A stretch of 64,000 nucleotides of DNA from Thermoflexales bacterium (GTDB lineage Bacteria; Chloroflexota; Anaerolineae; Fen-1058). The position numbers and the translations under genes are program-made. The notes under the pieces are model-generated. The model was not told the DNA's origin. It was given only the letters and a program-made list of their open reading frames with translations, and searched no databases. The stretch spans positions 1 to 64,000 of the forward strand of contig JBGSPW010000064.1 in assembly GCA_041738395.1 (NCBI GenBank), given 5' to 3'. Numbering within the stretch: the first letter of the stretch is position 1; the number at the start of each line of letters is the position of its first letter. This document shows positions 29,878 through 40,776 of the stretch, in pieces.

Positions 29878-30258
29878 CGGCTGATGATGGCCTTCAAAGA
29901 CGGTGCCGCTCAGATCATCAAATTAACAACCGCAGGCCTTTCACTGATAGCGCTGCCGATGGGCTGGGTGCGTGTGAAAGCCGCGCTTGGTAATCTCCGT
30001 GGTGGGGCAGGCCTATTCACTGCTTCAAAACGAATCGGTCAACTAACGAAGTGCCCTCGGTGGGAGTCGAACCACATACATCTGATCCGACGTCAGGCGC
30101 TCAAAACACCAAACGCCCGGCGTACCGGGCGTTATAGTCGAGCTCAAGAGTGAGCACCCAAACAAAAACTACCCTGTGCCCAAATGGGATGTATATGCTT
30201 GGTAAGGCAAACCCCATGGTGCCAACAAATGCCCTTAGCGAGGATTGCTTATATTGAG

Positions 30259-30331
30259 AGCGGGAGACGAGACTCGAACTCGCGACAGCTTGCTTGGAAG
30301 GCAAGAGCTCTACCAACTGAGCTACTCCCGC
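30259..30331 (-). tRNA. tRNA-Gly (anticodon UCC).
   Basis: Reverse complement is GCGGGAGTAGCTCAGTTGGTAGAGCTCTTGCCTTCCAAGCAAG...GTTCGAGTCTCGTCTCCCGCT. The cloverleaf folds with anticodon loop cuUCCaa. Confidence 0.85.
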
Positions 30332-30336
30332 ATCAG

Positions 30337-30410
30337 TCGGGGCGGAGGGACTTGAACCCACGACCCCACGGTCCCAAACCGTGTGCGCTACCGGACTGCG
30401 CTACGCCCCG
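30337..30410 (-). tRNA. tRNA-Pro (anticodon UGG).
   Basis: Reverse complement is CGGGGCGTAGCGCAGTCCGGTAGCGCACACGGTTTGGGACCGTGG...GGTTCAAGTCCCTCCGCCCCGA with anticodon loop uuUGGga. There is one U-U mismatch in the T-stem. Confidence 0.75.
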
Positions 30411-30525
30411 AAATTACTCTAACCATCAGAGCGTGCACTACTCCCCTGCGGCTGCGCTACGCCCCGAACGGAGAGCATTGTACCTTGTCGACGCGGTTCG
30501 GTCAAGAATTTTTCATTGCCAAGAT

Positions 30526-31530
30526 TCAGACAATGGGTGTCTTCAGCCAGCCCGAGGTGTTGTGAAAATTCACCAGCGCCCCGCCCGGCGGATTAATCTG
30601 ATCGCACGCGGTGCGCTCATCGTCGCTTAACTGCATGTCCAGCACGGGCAACAGTTCCTGCAATTGCTCGATCGTGCGCGGCCCGACGATGGGCGACGTG
30701 ATACCCGGTTGATCTTTGCACCACGTCAACGCCAACTGTCCCGGCGTCTTGCCCGAGCGCTGGGCGATCTCGACGAAGCGCGTTCCCGCTTCCACGCCGC
30801 GTGGTGTAACCCGTTCGGCATAGATGCTGCCCGGTAAACGCCCCGCCCGTGAATCTGACGAATAAGGTTGATCCTTCTGATAGCGCCCGGCCAGCACGCC
30901 CTGCGCCAGCGGCGCCCATGGAATAATCGCCAGTTGATGGCGCAAGGCCAATGGGATCAGTTCATTCTCAATGCGCCGATCGAGCAAGTTGTACGGCGGC
31001 TGCTCGCTCACGTAACGCGCCAGATGCAGACGCTCACTCACCGCCAACGCTTCCATCACCAGCCAGGCCGGATGGGTAGAGCAGCCGATGTAATGCACTT
31101 TGCCCGCGCGCACCAGATCCGTCAGTGCGCCCAACGTCTCATCAACCGGAATTTCCAGGTTCGGCCGATGAATCTGATACAAGTCGATGGTGTCCGTCTG
31201 CAACCGCCGCAGCGAATCATCGCAGGCTTTCAAGATGTGCCGCCGCGAATTGCCTTCATCGTTCGGCCCGTCGCCCACCTTAAAGTGCACCTTCGTCGCC
31301 AGCACCACTTTATCGCGTCGATCGCGCAGCGCCTTGCCCACTACGATTTCGCTTTGCCCGCTGTTATACACGTTCGCCGTATCGACGAAATTGATTCCGG
31401 CTTCCAACGCCGCATGGATGATGGCGATCGAATCCGCTTCATTGGTCACACCACCGAAGTTCATCGTGCCCAGGCATAAGGGTGACACGCGCACACCCGT
31501 TCGTCCCAACAGCCGATAGTCCATCTTCAC
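30526..31530 (-). CDS. Aldo/keto reductase (Tas/YajO-like).
   Basis: [25 protein letters not shown] is the AKR N-terminal consensus. 334 aa. Confidence 0.9.
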   Translation of the reverse strand: MKMDYRLLGRTGVRVSPLCLGTMNFGGVTNEADSIAIIHAALEAGINFVDTANVYNSGQSEIVVGKALRDRRDKVVLATKVHFKVGDGPNDEGNSRRHILKACDDSLRRLQTDTIDLYQIHRPNLEIPVDETLGALTDLVRAGKVHYIGCSTHPAWLVMEALAVSERLHLARYVSEQPPYNLLDRRIENELIPLALRHQLAIIPWAPLAQGVLAGRYQKDQPYSSDSRAGRLPGSIYAERVTPRGVEAGTRFVEIAQRSGKTPGQLALTWCKDQPGITSPIVGPRTIEQLQELLPVLDMQLSDDERTACDQINPPGGALVNFHNTSGWLKTPIV

Positions 31531-32300
31531 CTCGCCGTATTTCCACCGTCGACGATCAACGTCGCGCCGGTCATGAAGGATGCTTCATCGCTCGCCAGAA
31601 ACAACACCGCGTTGGCGATCTCTTCCACAGTTCCCACGCGCCCAATCGGCAAGTCTTCGCCCATCGCCTTAAGCTCTGCCTCAAAGTCGCCAGACGAATG
31701 ATGCCGTTCATCGACATGCCAGCGTTCCACATCCGTATCGCCGGGACACACCGCATTCACGCGGATATGATCACGCGCCACTTCCAGTGCCACCGACTTC
31801 GTCAGCAGCACGACTGCGCCCTTACTCGCACTGTACGCCGTGTACTGCGGCCCGCCCACGATACCCCAATCCGACGCATTGTTGACGATCACGCCCCCGC
31901 CCAGTTGACGCATGATCGGCAGCACCAACTTCGTCATCAGATACGTGCCCTTCACGTTCACGTCGAATGTCCGCTGCCAATCTTCTTCGCTCGTCTCCTC
32001 TAGTGTTCCCTGGGTGACGACGCCCGCGTTGTTGAACAAGATATCAATGCGCCCGTAGGCCGCGATCGTGGCTTCGATCGATCGGCGGCAGTCCTCAACC
32101 CGAGTAACATCGGCGGCGATAAAGATCGCTTCACCACCCGCTGGTGTGATCTGCGCGACTACGGCCTCACCCAACTCTGCTCGCCGTCCGGTTATCGCCA
32201 CGCGCGCACCCTCACGTGCAAACAACTTCGCCGTCGCCTCACCAATCCCTGAGGTACCGCCCGTTATCAACGCAACTTTGGTTGACAAACGCAACGTCAT
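31527..32300 (-). CDS. SDR-family short-chain dehydrogenase.
   Basis: [15 protein letters not shown] (Rossmann TGxxxGxG), NNAG motif and a YxxxK-type catalytic motif (YSASK). Start taken at MTLRL. Confidence 0.85.
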   Translation of the reverse strand: MTLRLSTKVALITGGTSGIGEATAKLFAREGARVAITGRRAELGEAVVAQITPAGGEAIFIAADVTRVEDCRRSIEATIAAYGRIDILFNNAGVVTQGTLEETSEEDWQRTFDVNVKGTYLMTKLVLPIMRQLGGGVIVNNASDWGIVGGPQYTAYSASKGAVVLLTKSVALEVARDHIRVNAVCPGDTDVERWHVDERHHSSGDFEAELKAMGEDLPIGRVGTVEEIANAVLFLASDEASFMTGATLIVDGGNTAR

Positions 32301-32370
32301 ATGAGCATCCTTGCCAGCATGAACGTGTTGCGTATTGCGTAACTCCGTTTCACGCACCACGCAATACGCA

Positions 32371-33630
32371 CTACGCTGTCGTATCCAGCGCCGCCGCAAA
32401 AATCTTCAGCGCCTCATCCATCTCCGACTCACTGACGATCAGCGGCGGAATCCAGCGGATGACGTTATCGTACGTGCCGCACGTCAGCAGCATCAAACCT
32501 CGATCGAACGCCGCTTTCACCACGGCTTTTGAAGTAGCCGTATCCGGTTCGCCATCCTTGGTAAACTCAGTCGCCACCATCAGGCCCTTACCGCGCACAT
32601 CGCCGATGACCGGGAACTCTTGCTGCAACTTTCGCAAGCCAGTCAGCAATTGTTTACTGCGGGCATTGACGTTGTCCAGCAAGCGCTCCTCTTTGATCAC
32701 GCGCAGGGTTGCCACGGCCGCCGCGCACGCCACCGCATTGCCGCCATACGTTCCGCCATGCGAGCCTGTCGTCCACTTGGCCATCAAATCTTTCCGGGTG
32801 ACCAACACACTCAATGGCATGCCCGAAGCGAGGCCCTTCGCCGTGATCAACACATCGGGCTGCACGCCGAAGTGCTCCATGGCAAACCATACGCCCGTGC
32901 GCCCGACGCCGCTCTGCACTTCGTCGGCCACCAGCAGAATGCCGTATTGATCACACAAGGCGCGTAGTTCCTGCACGAACTCAACGGGCGGCACCACATA
33001 GCCGCCCTCGCCCAATACCGGTTCCATCACGATGCACGCCGTTTCTTCGGGCGCGCTCTGGCTCTTGAGCAAGCGCTTCAATTCGTGCAGGCAGTAGTCG
33101 GTGGTCTCGGCCTCGCTCAGCTTCAGTTGATACGCGTACGGATAGGGGGTGACGAAGATACCGGAGGGCAACGGCTGATAGCCAATCCGATAGATCGTCT
33201 TGCTCGTCGTCATCGCCATCGTCAAATGCGTGCGGCCATGAAACGCGCCGCTAAACACGATGGTATTCTGGCGCTTCGTCGCATGTTTGGACAACTTCAC
33301 GGCTGCTTCGACAATTTCCGCGCCACTGTTGCTGAAGAAGTATTCGCTGAGTTCCGGCCACACCACGATCGAGCTCAGTTCGTCGATCAAGTCCATCATC
33401 GGTTGGTGATAGACAATGTTGGCCTGACCGTGGATCAGCTTCGTCGCCTGCTCGGCGATGGCCTGCGCCACTTGGGGATGTGCGTGGCCGGTGCTCGTCA
33501 CGCCGATGCCCGACGTGAAGTCAAGGTAACGTCGTCCCTCCGTATCGATGAGATAAACCCCTTCACCGCGCTCCACCATGACGTTGAACGCGCGACCCCA
33601 GACGGTTCCGATGTGTTCGACGCTGGACAT
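32371..33630 (-). CDS. Class III PLP-dependent aminotransferase (4-aminobutyrate/omega-aminotransferase-like).
   Basis: YLDFTSGIGVTSTGHAHP, DEVQSGVGRTG and a PLP-lysine region (TAKGLASG). Confidence 0.85.
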   Translation of the reverse strand: MSSVEHIGTVWGRAFNVMVERGEGVYLIDTEGRRYLDFTSGIGVTSTGHAHPQVAQAIAEQATKLIHGQANIVYHQPMMDLIDELSSIVVWPELSEYFFSNSGAEIVEAAVKLSKHATKRQNTIVFSGAFHGRTHLTMAMTTSKTIYRIGYQPLPSGIFVTPYPYAYQLKLSEAETTDYCLHELKRLLKSQSAPEETACIVMEPVLGEGGYVVPPVEFVQELRALCDQYGILLVADEVQSGVGRTGVWFAMEHFGVQPDVLITAKGLASGMPLSVLVTRKDLMAKWTTGSHGGTYGGNAVACAAAVATLRVIKEERLLDNVNARSKQLLTGLRKLQQEFPVIGDVRGKGLMVATEFTKDGEPDTATSKAVVKAAFDRGLMLLTCGTYDNVIRWIPPLIVSESEMDEALKIFAAALDTTA

Positions 33631-33719
33631 GGCGACTCCTTGTGACTCTGCGAATTCATACAAGAAAGGGGCCAGGGTGAATCCCCTAACCCCTCTACCG
33701 CGACGATTTTTCCCGGACG

Positions 33720-35000
33720 TTACTGCTTGATCTCCGTCCAGATCTGATCGTACAACGGCGTTGCATCGCCCACGTCCTCAATACGATGCCCCTTTTTCAG
33801 ATCTTCGAGCGGCGTATTGGTTGTGGATGATTCCGTGTAAGCCTTGTATAGATCAGCTAAGGCAATCTCGTTGCCATCGGCGTCTTTCACCTTGAAATCG
33901 CTGCTCCTCGCGAATTCCAAGGCACCCTTACTGGGATTGGTGTACGGGAAGTCGCGCAGTATCATCCAAAAGAGATCGGGCTGCATGGTGTAATTGATCC
34001 AGGCATAAGCCGCATCCGGATGCGGTGCGTCTTTGGGCATGGCGTAATTGTCTTGCCAAAGGATAGCGCCTTCTGTGGGGTACACGTATTTGATCGCCGG
34101 ATTTTCACGGCTGGCGAGTTCAACTTCACCTGTCCAGACAATGCCTAGGTCGGCATCGTCAGCGATTAGCGCACTCTTTGGACTATCGCTGTCGTACAGC
34201 TTGACGCCCTTGGCAAGTTCGGCAAGTTTAGCCTTAGCTTCGGCTAACTGCTTCTCATCCTTTGTATTCGGATCATAGCCGAGCGTCAGCAGTGTCGCAC
34301 CAATGATTGCGCGTGAGTCGTCCAGCATGATCATGCGCTTGGCATTGATGAATTCCGGATTCCACAAATCAGCATACGCCTTGGGTGCATCCTTCACCTT
34401 GTCTGAGTTATACACGATCGCGTCAGTGCCGACCAGATACGGAATGGTGTACTCATTGTTCGGATCGAACGGCAGATTGAGATAGTTGGGATCGAAATAC
34501 TGCATCACGGGCAGTTTGCTCTTCTCGAGCTTCTGCAGCAAACCTTGGCGGATCATCAGGCTGACAAGGTAATCTGTCGGCTGCACTAGGTCGTAAATGT
34601 TGCTGCCCGCGGTCAGGCTGGCGTACATCTCTTCATTAGATGAATATTCTTTGCGATTGACCTTCACGCCGTAAACCAGCTCAAAGCAGTCCAGCGCATC
34701 TTGCGGAATATACTCCGTCCACACAAACAGATTCAACTCGGTGGACTTCACGTCCAACTTCTGCTGCGGCGTGGGGCATGCAAAGCCGCTGGACGTGGTC
34801 TTGCCGCTAGGCGTGGACACAAACGCGCCAGACACCGCCGCTTCCGTCGGCTTTTCCGCCGGGGCCTGCGTCGCTTTCAGTGCCGAGGTTGCGGGCGCAG
34901 CACCGCCACCGCAAGCCGTCAGCACCAAACTGGCAATCACCACCAACACCAATCCCGTCCAGATTGTTCTACACGATTTCAACATCTTCTCCTCCTTCAA
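33720..35000 (-). CDS. potD: Polyamine (spermidine/putrescine) ABC transporter substrate-binding lipoprotein, PotD/PotF-like.
   Basis: Signal peptide with a lipobox (LVLTACGG). SBP_bac_1-like sequence. Directly downstream of potABC. Confidence 0.75.
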   Translation of the reverse strand: MKEEKMLKSCRTIWTGLVLVVIASLVLTACGGGAAPATSALKATQAPAEKPTEAAVSGAFVSTPSGKTTSSGFACPTPQQKLDVKSTELNLFVWTEYIPQDALDCFELVYGVKVNRKEYSSNEEMYASLTAGSNIYDLVQPTDYLVSLMIRQGLLQKLEKSKLPVMQYFDPNYLNLPFDPNNEYTIPYLVGTDAIVYNSDKVKDAPKAYADLWNPEFINAKRMIMLDDSRAIIGATLLTLGYDPNTKDEKQLAEAKAKLAELAKGVKLYDSDSPKSALIADDADLGIVWTGEVELASRENPAIKYVYPTEGAILWQDNYAMPKDAPHPDAAYAWINYTMQPDLFWMILRDFPYTNPSKGALEFARSSDFKVKDADGNEIALADLYKAYTESSTTNTPLEDLKKGHRIEDVGDATPLYDQIWTEIKQ

Positions 35001-35080
35001 GATTGAGAGATCTTTATATGATCCGAACGGTCAACCGTTCGAACTCAGCCCCCGATCGGCCGGCGTGGCTCGATCGGGGT

Positions 35081-35920
35081 TTACGCTACCCGCCGCTGCA
35101 CGCGGTTCGACACGAACAGCGCCACCAATACCATCAGAATCCACATTGTCGACAGCGCGTTGACCTCCGGGGTCACGGTGCGCCGCAGCAAACCGTACAC
35201 ATAGATCGGCAGCGTGGTGGAGCCCGGTCCATTCGTGAAGAATGTGATGATGAAGTCATCCAACGACAGCGTGAACGCCAGCATCGCCCCGGCCAATATG
35301 CCGGGCATAATCAGCGGCAGCGTGATGCGGCGGAACGTCGTCCAGGCATTCGCACCCAGATCGGCGGCGGCTTCTTCCACCGCCCGATCGAAACTGTGCA
35401 GACGCGTGCGTACCGTCAAGGTGACAAAGGGCACGCTGAACGCCACATGCGAGATGATCACGGTTCCCAATCCCAGACCCAGCCGTTGCGCCGGAGCCAG
35501 ATCGAGCGTGGTGTTGACGAACTTGAACAGCGCATTGAACAGCACTAAAATGCCGATGCCCATGACGATCTCAGGAATCACGATGGGGATATACAGCGAG
35601 GTCTCGGCAAACAGTTTCAACTTGAAGGTGTGGCGCTGCAAAGCCAGCGCCGCCATCGTGCCGATGACGGTGGCAATCACCGTGGAAGTGAGGGCGATCT
35701 TGAGCGTGTTGACGGACGCATCCAGCGCGTCCTGATTCTGGAATACCTTGCAGAACCAGTAAAACGGGCCGCACGGATCGCGATTGACGATGCCTTCAAA
35801 CACCACATTCTGCCGCGACGAGTTGAAGGCAAAGACCACCAGCACCACGATGGGCAGGTACAGGAAACCGTAAACCAGAATGGCCGACAGGGTCAACCAA
35901 GGCGATCGGCGATTGCTCAT
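35081..35920 (-). CDS. potC: Polyamine ABC transporter permease PotC.
   Basis: Six TM segments with an EAA-like loop motif ([21 protein letters not shown]). Confidence 0.8.
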   Translation of the reverse strand: MSNRRSPWLTLSAILVYGFLYLPIVVLVVFAFNSSRQNVVFEGIVNRDPCGPFYWFCKVFQNQDALDASVNTLKIALTSTVIATVIGTMAALALQRHTFKLKLFAETSLYIPIVIPEIVMGIGILVLFNALFKFVNTTLDLAPAQRLGLGLGTVIISHVAFSVPFVTLTVRTRLHSFDRAVEEAAADLGANAWTTFRRITLPLIMPGILAGAMLAFTLSLDDFIITFFTNGPGSTTLPIYVYGLLRRTVTPEVNALSTMWILMVLVALFVSNRVQRRVA

Positions 35921-36777
35921 GTGATCGCCACCTCCTCGCCGAAGCCGAACTTCCGCGTATAGATGATCATCACGATCAATGTCATGCCCATCAAAATAAT
36001 CGAAGCCGCCGAGCCAAAGGTGGGATCGCGCGCGTCCAGGAACTGCCGCTGAATCAGATTTCCCACCAGCACAAACTGCTTGCCGCCCAGAATATCGGAG
36101 ACGACAAAAGTGCCCATCACCGGCACAAAGACCAGCAGCGTTCCGGCGACCACGCCCGGTAGCGACAGGGGCAGTGTCACCTTCAAAAACGTCTTCAACG
36201 AATTCGCGCCCAGGTCGGCCGCCGCCTCATACAACGACGGATCGATCTTTTCCAGCGAAGTGTACATTGGCAGGATCATGAACGGGATGAATTCATAAAT
36301 CATGCCCACCAGTACCGCTTGCGGCGTGTACAGCAGGTCAAAGGCGCGCAGGATGCGAATCCACGCATAGACGCGGATGACGAAGTTGGTCCACAAAGGA
36401 ACGAGGATTAAAAATAGCAGCATGTTGCGCCGCCGGGCAGGCGCGCGAGCTACGTAGTAAGCCAGCGGGTAGCCCAGCACGATCGTGAAAATCGTAGTGA
36501 CCAACGCCAGCCCCACCGAACGCACTAGAATGTCCAGATACAACGAATTAAAGCAGGTGGCGGCTCCATCCGCGCAATTTGTCTCGAAACCCGCCAGCCG
36601 GATGTAGTTATCCAGCGTAAAGGTATAGATGACGTTGCCGTCCGGATCACGCTGCCCGAAGGAGGTGACCACAATCAGGATCAGCGGCACAATCAACAGC
36701 GCGATCATCCATAGCAGCGCAGGTGAGGCGAGCAGCGTCCCTTGCAATGATTTGTTCTCACGTAGTTTCTGAAGCAT
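35917..36777 (-). CDS. potB: Polyamine ABC transporter permease PotB.
   Basis: EAA motif ([21 protein letters not shown]). Its end overlaps the potC start by 4 nt. Confidence 0.8.
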   Translation of the reverse strand: MLQKLRENKSLQGTLLASPALLWMIALLIVPLILIVVTSFGQRDPDGNVIYTFTLDNYIRLAGFETNCADGAATCFNSLYLDILVRSVGLALVTTIFTIVLGYPLAYYVARAPARRRNMLLFLILVPLWTNFVIRVYAWIRILRAFDLLYTPQAVLVGMIYEFIPFMILPMYTSLEKIDPSLYEAAADLGANSLKTFLKVTLPLSLPGVVAGTLLVFVPVMGTFVVSDILGGKQFVLVGNLIQRQFLDARDPTFGSAASIILMGMTLIVMIIYTRKFGFGEEVAIT

Positions 36778-36782
36778 GATCT

Positions 36783-37925
36783 TTACTCCGTGAGGATCCG
36801 GCCCGCCGCAATGGCAAAACTCACGCTGACTTCTTCGCCGACATTCGCCAGCGGGCGTGAGCCGGGCATGTTGTTCTGCTCGCGGACTCTCACCCTCTGG
36901 CCGCCTGCCAGCTCAATGCCATAGTGGGTGTCCGTGCCGATGTAAACCACGTTGATCACGCGCCCCTTGAACGCATTCTCCAGTTCCCGTGTGCCGGCCG
37001 CGTTGACGTGCATCTTCTCCGGGCGGACCGCCACACTGACTTCGGTGCCGGCCGGGAGCAGTTGTTCGCAGTCGGCGCGCAAGATCAATCCAGCGCCGAC
37101 GCCGACTTCAGCCACCCGGGCCTGCTGGGCCTTGATTTTGCCATTGATGAAATTGGTGTCGCCGATGAAGTCGGCCACAAAGCGGCAGTGGGGACTTTCG
37201 TAGATGTCGCTGGAATTGCCGAGCTGCAGCAGTTGCCCCTTGTTCATCACGCCAATCCGATCGGACATGGTGAGCGCTTCTTCCTGATCGTGCGTGACGT
37301 AGATGAAGGTAATGCCCACTTCGCGCTGGAGCGTTTTCAATTCCAACTGCATCTCTTTGCGCAATTTCAAATCCAACGCGCCGAGGGGTTCGTCCAGCAG
37401 CAGCACTTCCGGCCGGTTGACCAGGGCGCGCGCTAGGGCCACGCGCTGCTGCTGACCGCCGGACAGCTGCTTGGGTTTGCGGTTTTCATAGCCGGGCAAG
37501 CGCACCATGGTCAGCGCTTCTTTCACGCGCGGCGCGATGTCACTCTTGGAAACACCCTTCATTTGCAAACCAAACGCCACGTTGTCAAAGATGGTCATAT
37601 GGGGAAACAGCGCGTAACTTTGGAAGACAGTATTCACGAGGCGTTGATAGGGCGGGGTCTTGCCCATCGCCTTGCCGTGAATGAAAACCTCGCCGGAGGT
37701 GGGAAGTTCAAATCCCGCGATCATCCGCAGCGAGGTCGTTTTGCCACAGCCCGAAGGGCCTAATAATGAGAAGAATTCGCCGTCATTGATTTGAAGATCG
37801 ACGTGGTTGACGGCGGCGAACGCCTCGCCTTTTTTCTCCGGCTCGGCAAATTCCTTGACCACGTCCCTTAATTCGACTGCAATCTCGGCCATTTCACCTC
37901 CTGCGTGTGCGGCTGAGGACCGCAC
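36783..37925 (-). CDS. potA: Polyamine ABC transporter ATPase PotA.
   Basis: Walker [10 protein letters not shown], signature [15 protein letters not shown] and Walker B LLLDEPL. There is a C-terminal TOBE-like domain. The start may be the internal ATG at 37892. Confidence 0.9.
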   Translation of the reverse strand: MRSSAAHAGGEMAEIAVELRDVVKEFAEPEKKGEAFAAVNHVDLQINDGEFFSLLGPSGCGKTTSLRMIAGFELPTSGEVFIHGKAMGKTPPYQRLVNTVFQSYALFPHMTIFDNVAFGLQMKGVSKSDIAPRVKEALTMVRLPGYENRKPKQLSGGQQQRVALARALVNRPEVLLLDEPLGALDLKLRKEMQLELKTLQREVGITFIYVTHDQEEALTMSDRIGVMNKGQLLQLGNSSDIYESPHCRFVADFIGDTNFINGKIKAQQARVAEVGVGAGLILRADCEQLLPAGTEVSVAVRPEKMHVNAAGTRELENAFKGRVINVVYIGTDTHYGIELAGGQRVRVREQNNMPGSRPLANVGEEVSVSFAIAAGRILTE

Positions 37926-38155
37926 ATCGTCACCAAGAAATTGGCGCGATTATAGCATCGCGGGGGGTGCGGTGCAATACCCGAACGCACCATCTTAACC
38001 AACCTTAACATTCACGGCCTGCCGCGCAACGTGGGTTTTCCAAGCACAAATGGGCAACTCTTACACCACAATTTCAAGCCAGAACGGCTGGAACATTCCG
38101 CACCCCTCCAGCGTCCAATCAGTAGAAACGCCCAAACAAACGCTGGAGGTGTATC

Positions 38156-38293
38156 ATGGCAATCTGGCTTCCGCTGCTCCTCGTCGTCCTCGTCTTTAGC
38201 TGCGCGCGCAAGACCGGCGCCGGCCGCCGCTGCGATTTGGGTCTCGTCGTCGTAATGCTGTCGGTGGCGCTGATTGCCACGCAATTGCAGTGA
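38156..38293 (+). CDS. Possible small hydrophobic protein of 45 aa. Speculative.
   Basis: GGAGGTG RBS followed by ATG. The product MAIWLPLLLVVLVFSCARKTGAGRRCDLGLVVVMLSVALIATQLQ is TM-like. Confidence 0.2.
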   Translation: MAIWLPLLLVVLVFSCARKTGAGRRCDLGLVVVMLSVALIATQLQ

Positions 38294-38542
38294 TACGAAA
38301 AATAAGAACCTACCGCATGAGCGGTTAGCATTCAGCAACCAACACTCAGCCGCCAGTGAGAGAATCCCTCGCTGGCGGCGTTTTGTCTGGCGGAAACTAC
38401 CTGAGTTAGTTCGTCCAGAAATTAAGCCGCTGCATTTTTGCGAGGCGGTGCTGGGTCACAGAAAACGAAAGAAGACGCTGGCTGAAACCAGCATCTTCTC
38501 TCGATTCATTTCTGACGCTTTCAATCCCGCACGAATTGCGCG

Positions 38543-39157
38543 TTACTCTGCCTGATCGAGCGAATCGATCGGATGGAAGGAATGCTGGCAAGCCTCGCAG
38601 ATGATCGCGCTGTTGTCGAGTACCGCGCGGTTCACCAAAATCACACGGGCGGGCAAACACAGACAGCAGGCCAGCACGCGATCCCCGGCCGCGGCTTCGC
38701 CGAGGTTCTCGATCAGATCGGCGGCCAGAATCAGGCCGACGTTGTGTTCGATCGCGGTTGCCAGCGGCGCGAACAACGCCTGCCAGCGCTGCTTGGTCTC
38801 GGGCGATAAGGTCCAGTAGCCGCGATCGGTCACGGGATCGTGCGCCAGAATCAAGCCGCACGGCTGCGCATAGGTCGGCGAGTAACGCCCCACCGCGTCA
38901 ACCACCTCCAACAGCATATTCGCCACAATCGTTTCCGCGGCGCGATCGGGCGCGTTGAGATCGGCGCCGTCGAACAATGAAAGCAAATCGGGCAAATCAG
39001 GAATGACGTCATACGCGCGGCACATCGCCAACCAGGCGTGCTGCAGCGCATCGAGCAGATCGATCGACGAATCGGCATCCGAGCGCCCGATCGGCAGATC
39101 ATTCTTCCCCGGCCCCGGGCGCGTGGTGGGCGGGCCGAGGGGTTTATGGGTATACAT
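38543..39157 (-). CDS. Hypothetical protein whose start overlaps the last codons of hdrCB by 14 nt.
   Basis: 204 aa with a C-terminal CEACQHSFHP motif. No confident family. Confidence 0.4.
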   Translation of the reverse strand: MYTHKPLGPPTTRPGPGKNDLPIGRSDADSSIDLLDALQHAWLAMCRAYDVIPDLPDLLSLFDGADLNAPDRAAETIVANMLLEVVDAVGRYSPTYAQPCGLILAHDPVTDRGYWTLSPETKQRWQALFAPLATAIEHNVGLILAADLIENLGEAAAGDRVLACCLCLPARVILVNRAVLDNSAIICEACQHSFHPIDSLDQAE

Positions 39158-40601
39158 CGGTTAATCCCCCTCTGTTGAGGGGATGAGCTTCCCCCCCTTG
39201 TGCGACGGAATAGCTTAACCCCTTCGCTTCCAGCATCGGTCGTGGATCAACCAGGTTCTTGTTCAACGCCGCTTTCTCCGGCACACCCAACGCCAGCGCC
39301 ATCAATTGCGTGAAGTACAACACCGGCAGTGGTTCGGCTAATTTCATCTGGAATTGGCGCGCGTCGAGATTCGAATGGCACATGGGGCACGCGACGGCGA
39401 TTGCATCGGCGCCCGCCTCACGCGCATGCTCGATCAGATCGCTGCTCAACTTCAGCACGATGTCCGGTCGCGTGAGTGAATGAGCCGCGCCGCAACACGA
39501 CGTCTTGTATGACCAATCGCGCACCTCGGCGCCCAGCGCCACCATCAACTGATCCATGTCCGTCGGATTTTCAGGATGCGGCGCTTCGGTGACTTGCGGC
39601 GGACGGGTAAGCAAACAGCCGTAGTAACACACCACGCGCAGGCCCGTCAACGGCTGCTTGACCGCCGCCGCGACCTGCTCTACGCCGATATGCCGGGTGA
39701 TCGATTCGATGAGAGTGGTGACCTGCACCGTGTCGCGGTACTCATAGCCGATCGTCTCACTCACCTCAGCGCGCTGTTCGTCGTTGTGCCGGATTTCGAA
39801 CTGCGCGGCTTTGTGGCGATTGAAGCAGGCCGCGCACGGCATCGTCACTTCCTTGAAGCCGCTCTGCTCGATGAGCGCGAGATTTTCGATCGGCAGGCGC
39901 AGGGCCGCCTCGGGATCGGTGCGATGCGCGGCCGAACTGCCGCAGCACACCCAGCCCCTCGGTTCGATCACGTTCAAGCCCAACGCTTCACACACGGCGC
40001 GCGTGGAGATATCAAATTCAGGCGCGGTGGAATGTAGCGAACAACCGGGATAGTAGGCGACGGCCTCCGTCGCACCGGCGACCGGTTTGGCCCGGTGCGG
40101 CATGCGTGTGGGATGCGGCAGCAAAGAGATTTTATGCTTGCGCAGCATCTTCACGCCCAGGTCCATGTCGCCCAAAATGTTGCGCGTGCGGAGCTTCATC
40201 TCGGCCATCAAGCCCAGTTCATACGCGCGGCCCCACAACTGCACCTCGCGCATGAACGCGACATTGAAGGTATTCACCTCGGGCACTTGCGGCTTGATGC
40301 CACGCGCCCTGGCCTCGCGCGTGAGGAACTCCATAATCGCCGTGATGTCCAATCCTTGTGGACAACGTGTCGTACAAGTCTGGCACGACGCGCACAGCCA
40401 CGGCGTCTGGGAATGCAGCGCCACATCTTCCTGCCCCAGTTGCAAGGCGCGCATCACCTGATTCGGCTGCCAATCGAAGAATTCAGACACAGGGCAGCCA
40501 CTGGTGCACTTCACGCACTGATAACACAGAAAGACATTCTGCCCGGTTTCGTCTTGCACACGTCGCGCAAGCTCAGAATTGACTGGCGTTGCTTCGTCCA
40601 T
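39144..40601 (-). CDS. hdrD: HdrC-HdrB fusion (HdrD/GlpC-like) Fe-S protein with two [4Fe-4S] ferredoxin motifs and two CCG domains.
   Basis: CYQCVKCTSGCP and CASCQTCTTRCP motifs. CCG motifs VCCGSSAAH and SCCGAAHSL. AGGAGG RBS before the ATG at 40601. The upstream Met codons are encoded by the repeat element. Confidence 0.8.
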   Translation of the reverse strand: MDEATPVNSELARRVQDETGQNVFLCYQCVKCTSGCPVSEFFDWQPNQVMRALQLGQEDVALHSQTPWLCASCQTCTTRCPQGLDITAIMEFLTREARARGIKPQVPEVNTFNVAFMREVQLWGRAYELGLMAEMKLRTRNILGDMDLGVKMLRKHKISLLPHPTRMPHRAKPVAGATEAVAYYPGCSLHSTAPEFDISTRAVCEALGLNVIEPRGWVCCGSSAAHRTDPEAALRLPIENLALIEQSGFKEVTMPCAACFNRHKAAQFEIRHNDEQRAEVSETIGYEYRDTVQVTTLIESITRHIGVEQVAAAVKQPLTGLRVVCYYGCLLTRPPQVTEAPHPENPTDMDQLMVALGAEVRDWSYKTSCCGAAHSLTRPDIVLKLSSDLIEHAREAGADAIAVACPMCHSNLDARQFQMKLAEPLPVLYFTQLMALALGVPEKAALNKNLVDPRPMLEAKGLSYSVAQGGEAHPLNRGGLTDVYP

Positions 40602-40623
40602 ATGCGCCTCCTGATTCATCAAC

Positions 40624-40766
40624 GTCATTGCGAGCATCTTTTCGCGAAGCAATCTCAGGCTCGATTAGCGGGGATTGCTTCGTCGCATTCTTCGACTTCG
40701 CTGCGCTCCGCTCACGCCGTATCCGCAAAGCGGCGGCGCGCCGGGCGGAACGCTCCTCGCAATGAC
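40624..40766. repeat. GC-rich nested palindromic element (copy 2) between hdrCB and metF.
   Basis: Perfect 11-bp terminal inverted repeats (gtcattgcgag/ctcgcaatgac). Inner inverted repeat gcgaagcaatc/gattgcttcg. Core shared with 9192-9255. Confidence 0.8.
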
Positions 40767-40776
40767 GGCCCTACCA

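Noticed and set aside
29960-30250. Possible tmRNA or extra tRNA suggested by a GGTTCGACTCCCACC T-arm-like motif.
   Set aside because: No acceptor-stem partner, no tmRNA 5' consensus and no tag-peptide reading frame could be identified by eye. The T-stem does not pair. The region is left as unassigned non-coding.
30440-30475. Third tRNA adjacent to tRNA-Pro.
   Set aside because: Only the first about 15 nt, matching the tRNA-Pro 5' end, are present and no cloverleaf can be drawn. It is treated as a partial duplication or scar and is mentioned in a finding.
40602-40652. N-terminal extension of hdrCB in the ORF track (MLREKMLAMTLMNQEAH).
   Set aside because: The extension is encoded by the palindromic repeat element and lacks an RBS. 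The ATG at 40601 has a perfect AGGAGG RBS and the conserved N-terminus begins there.
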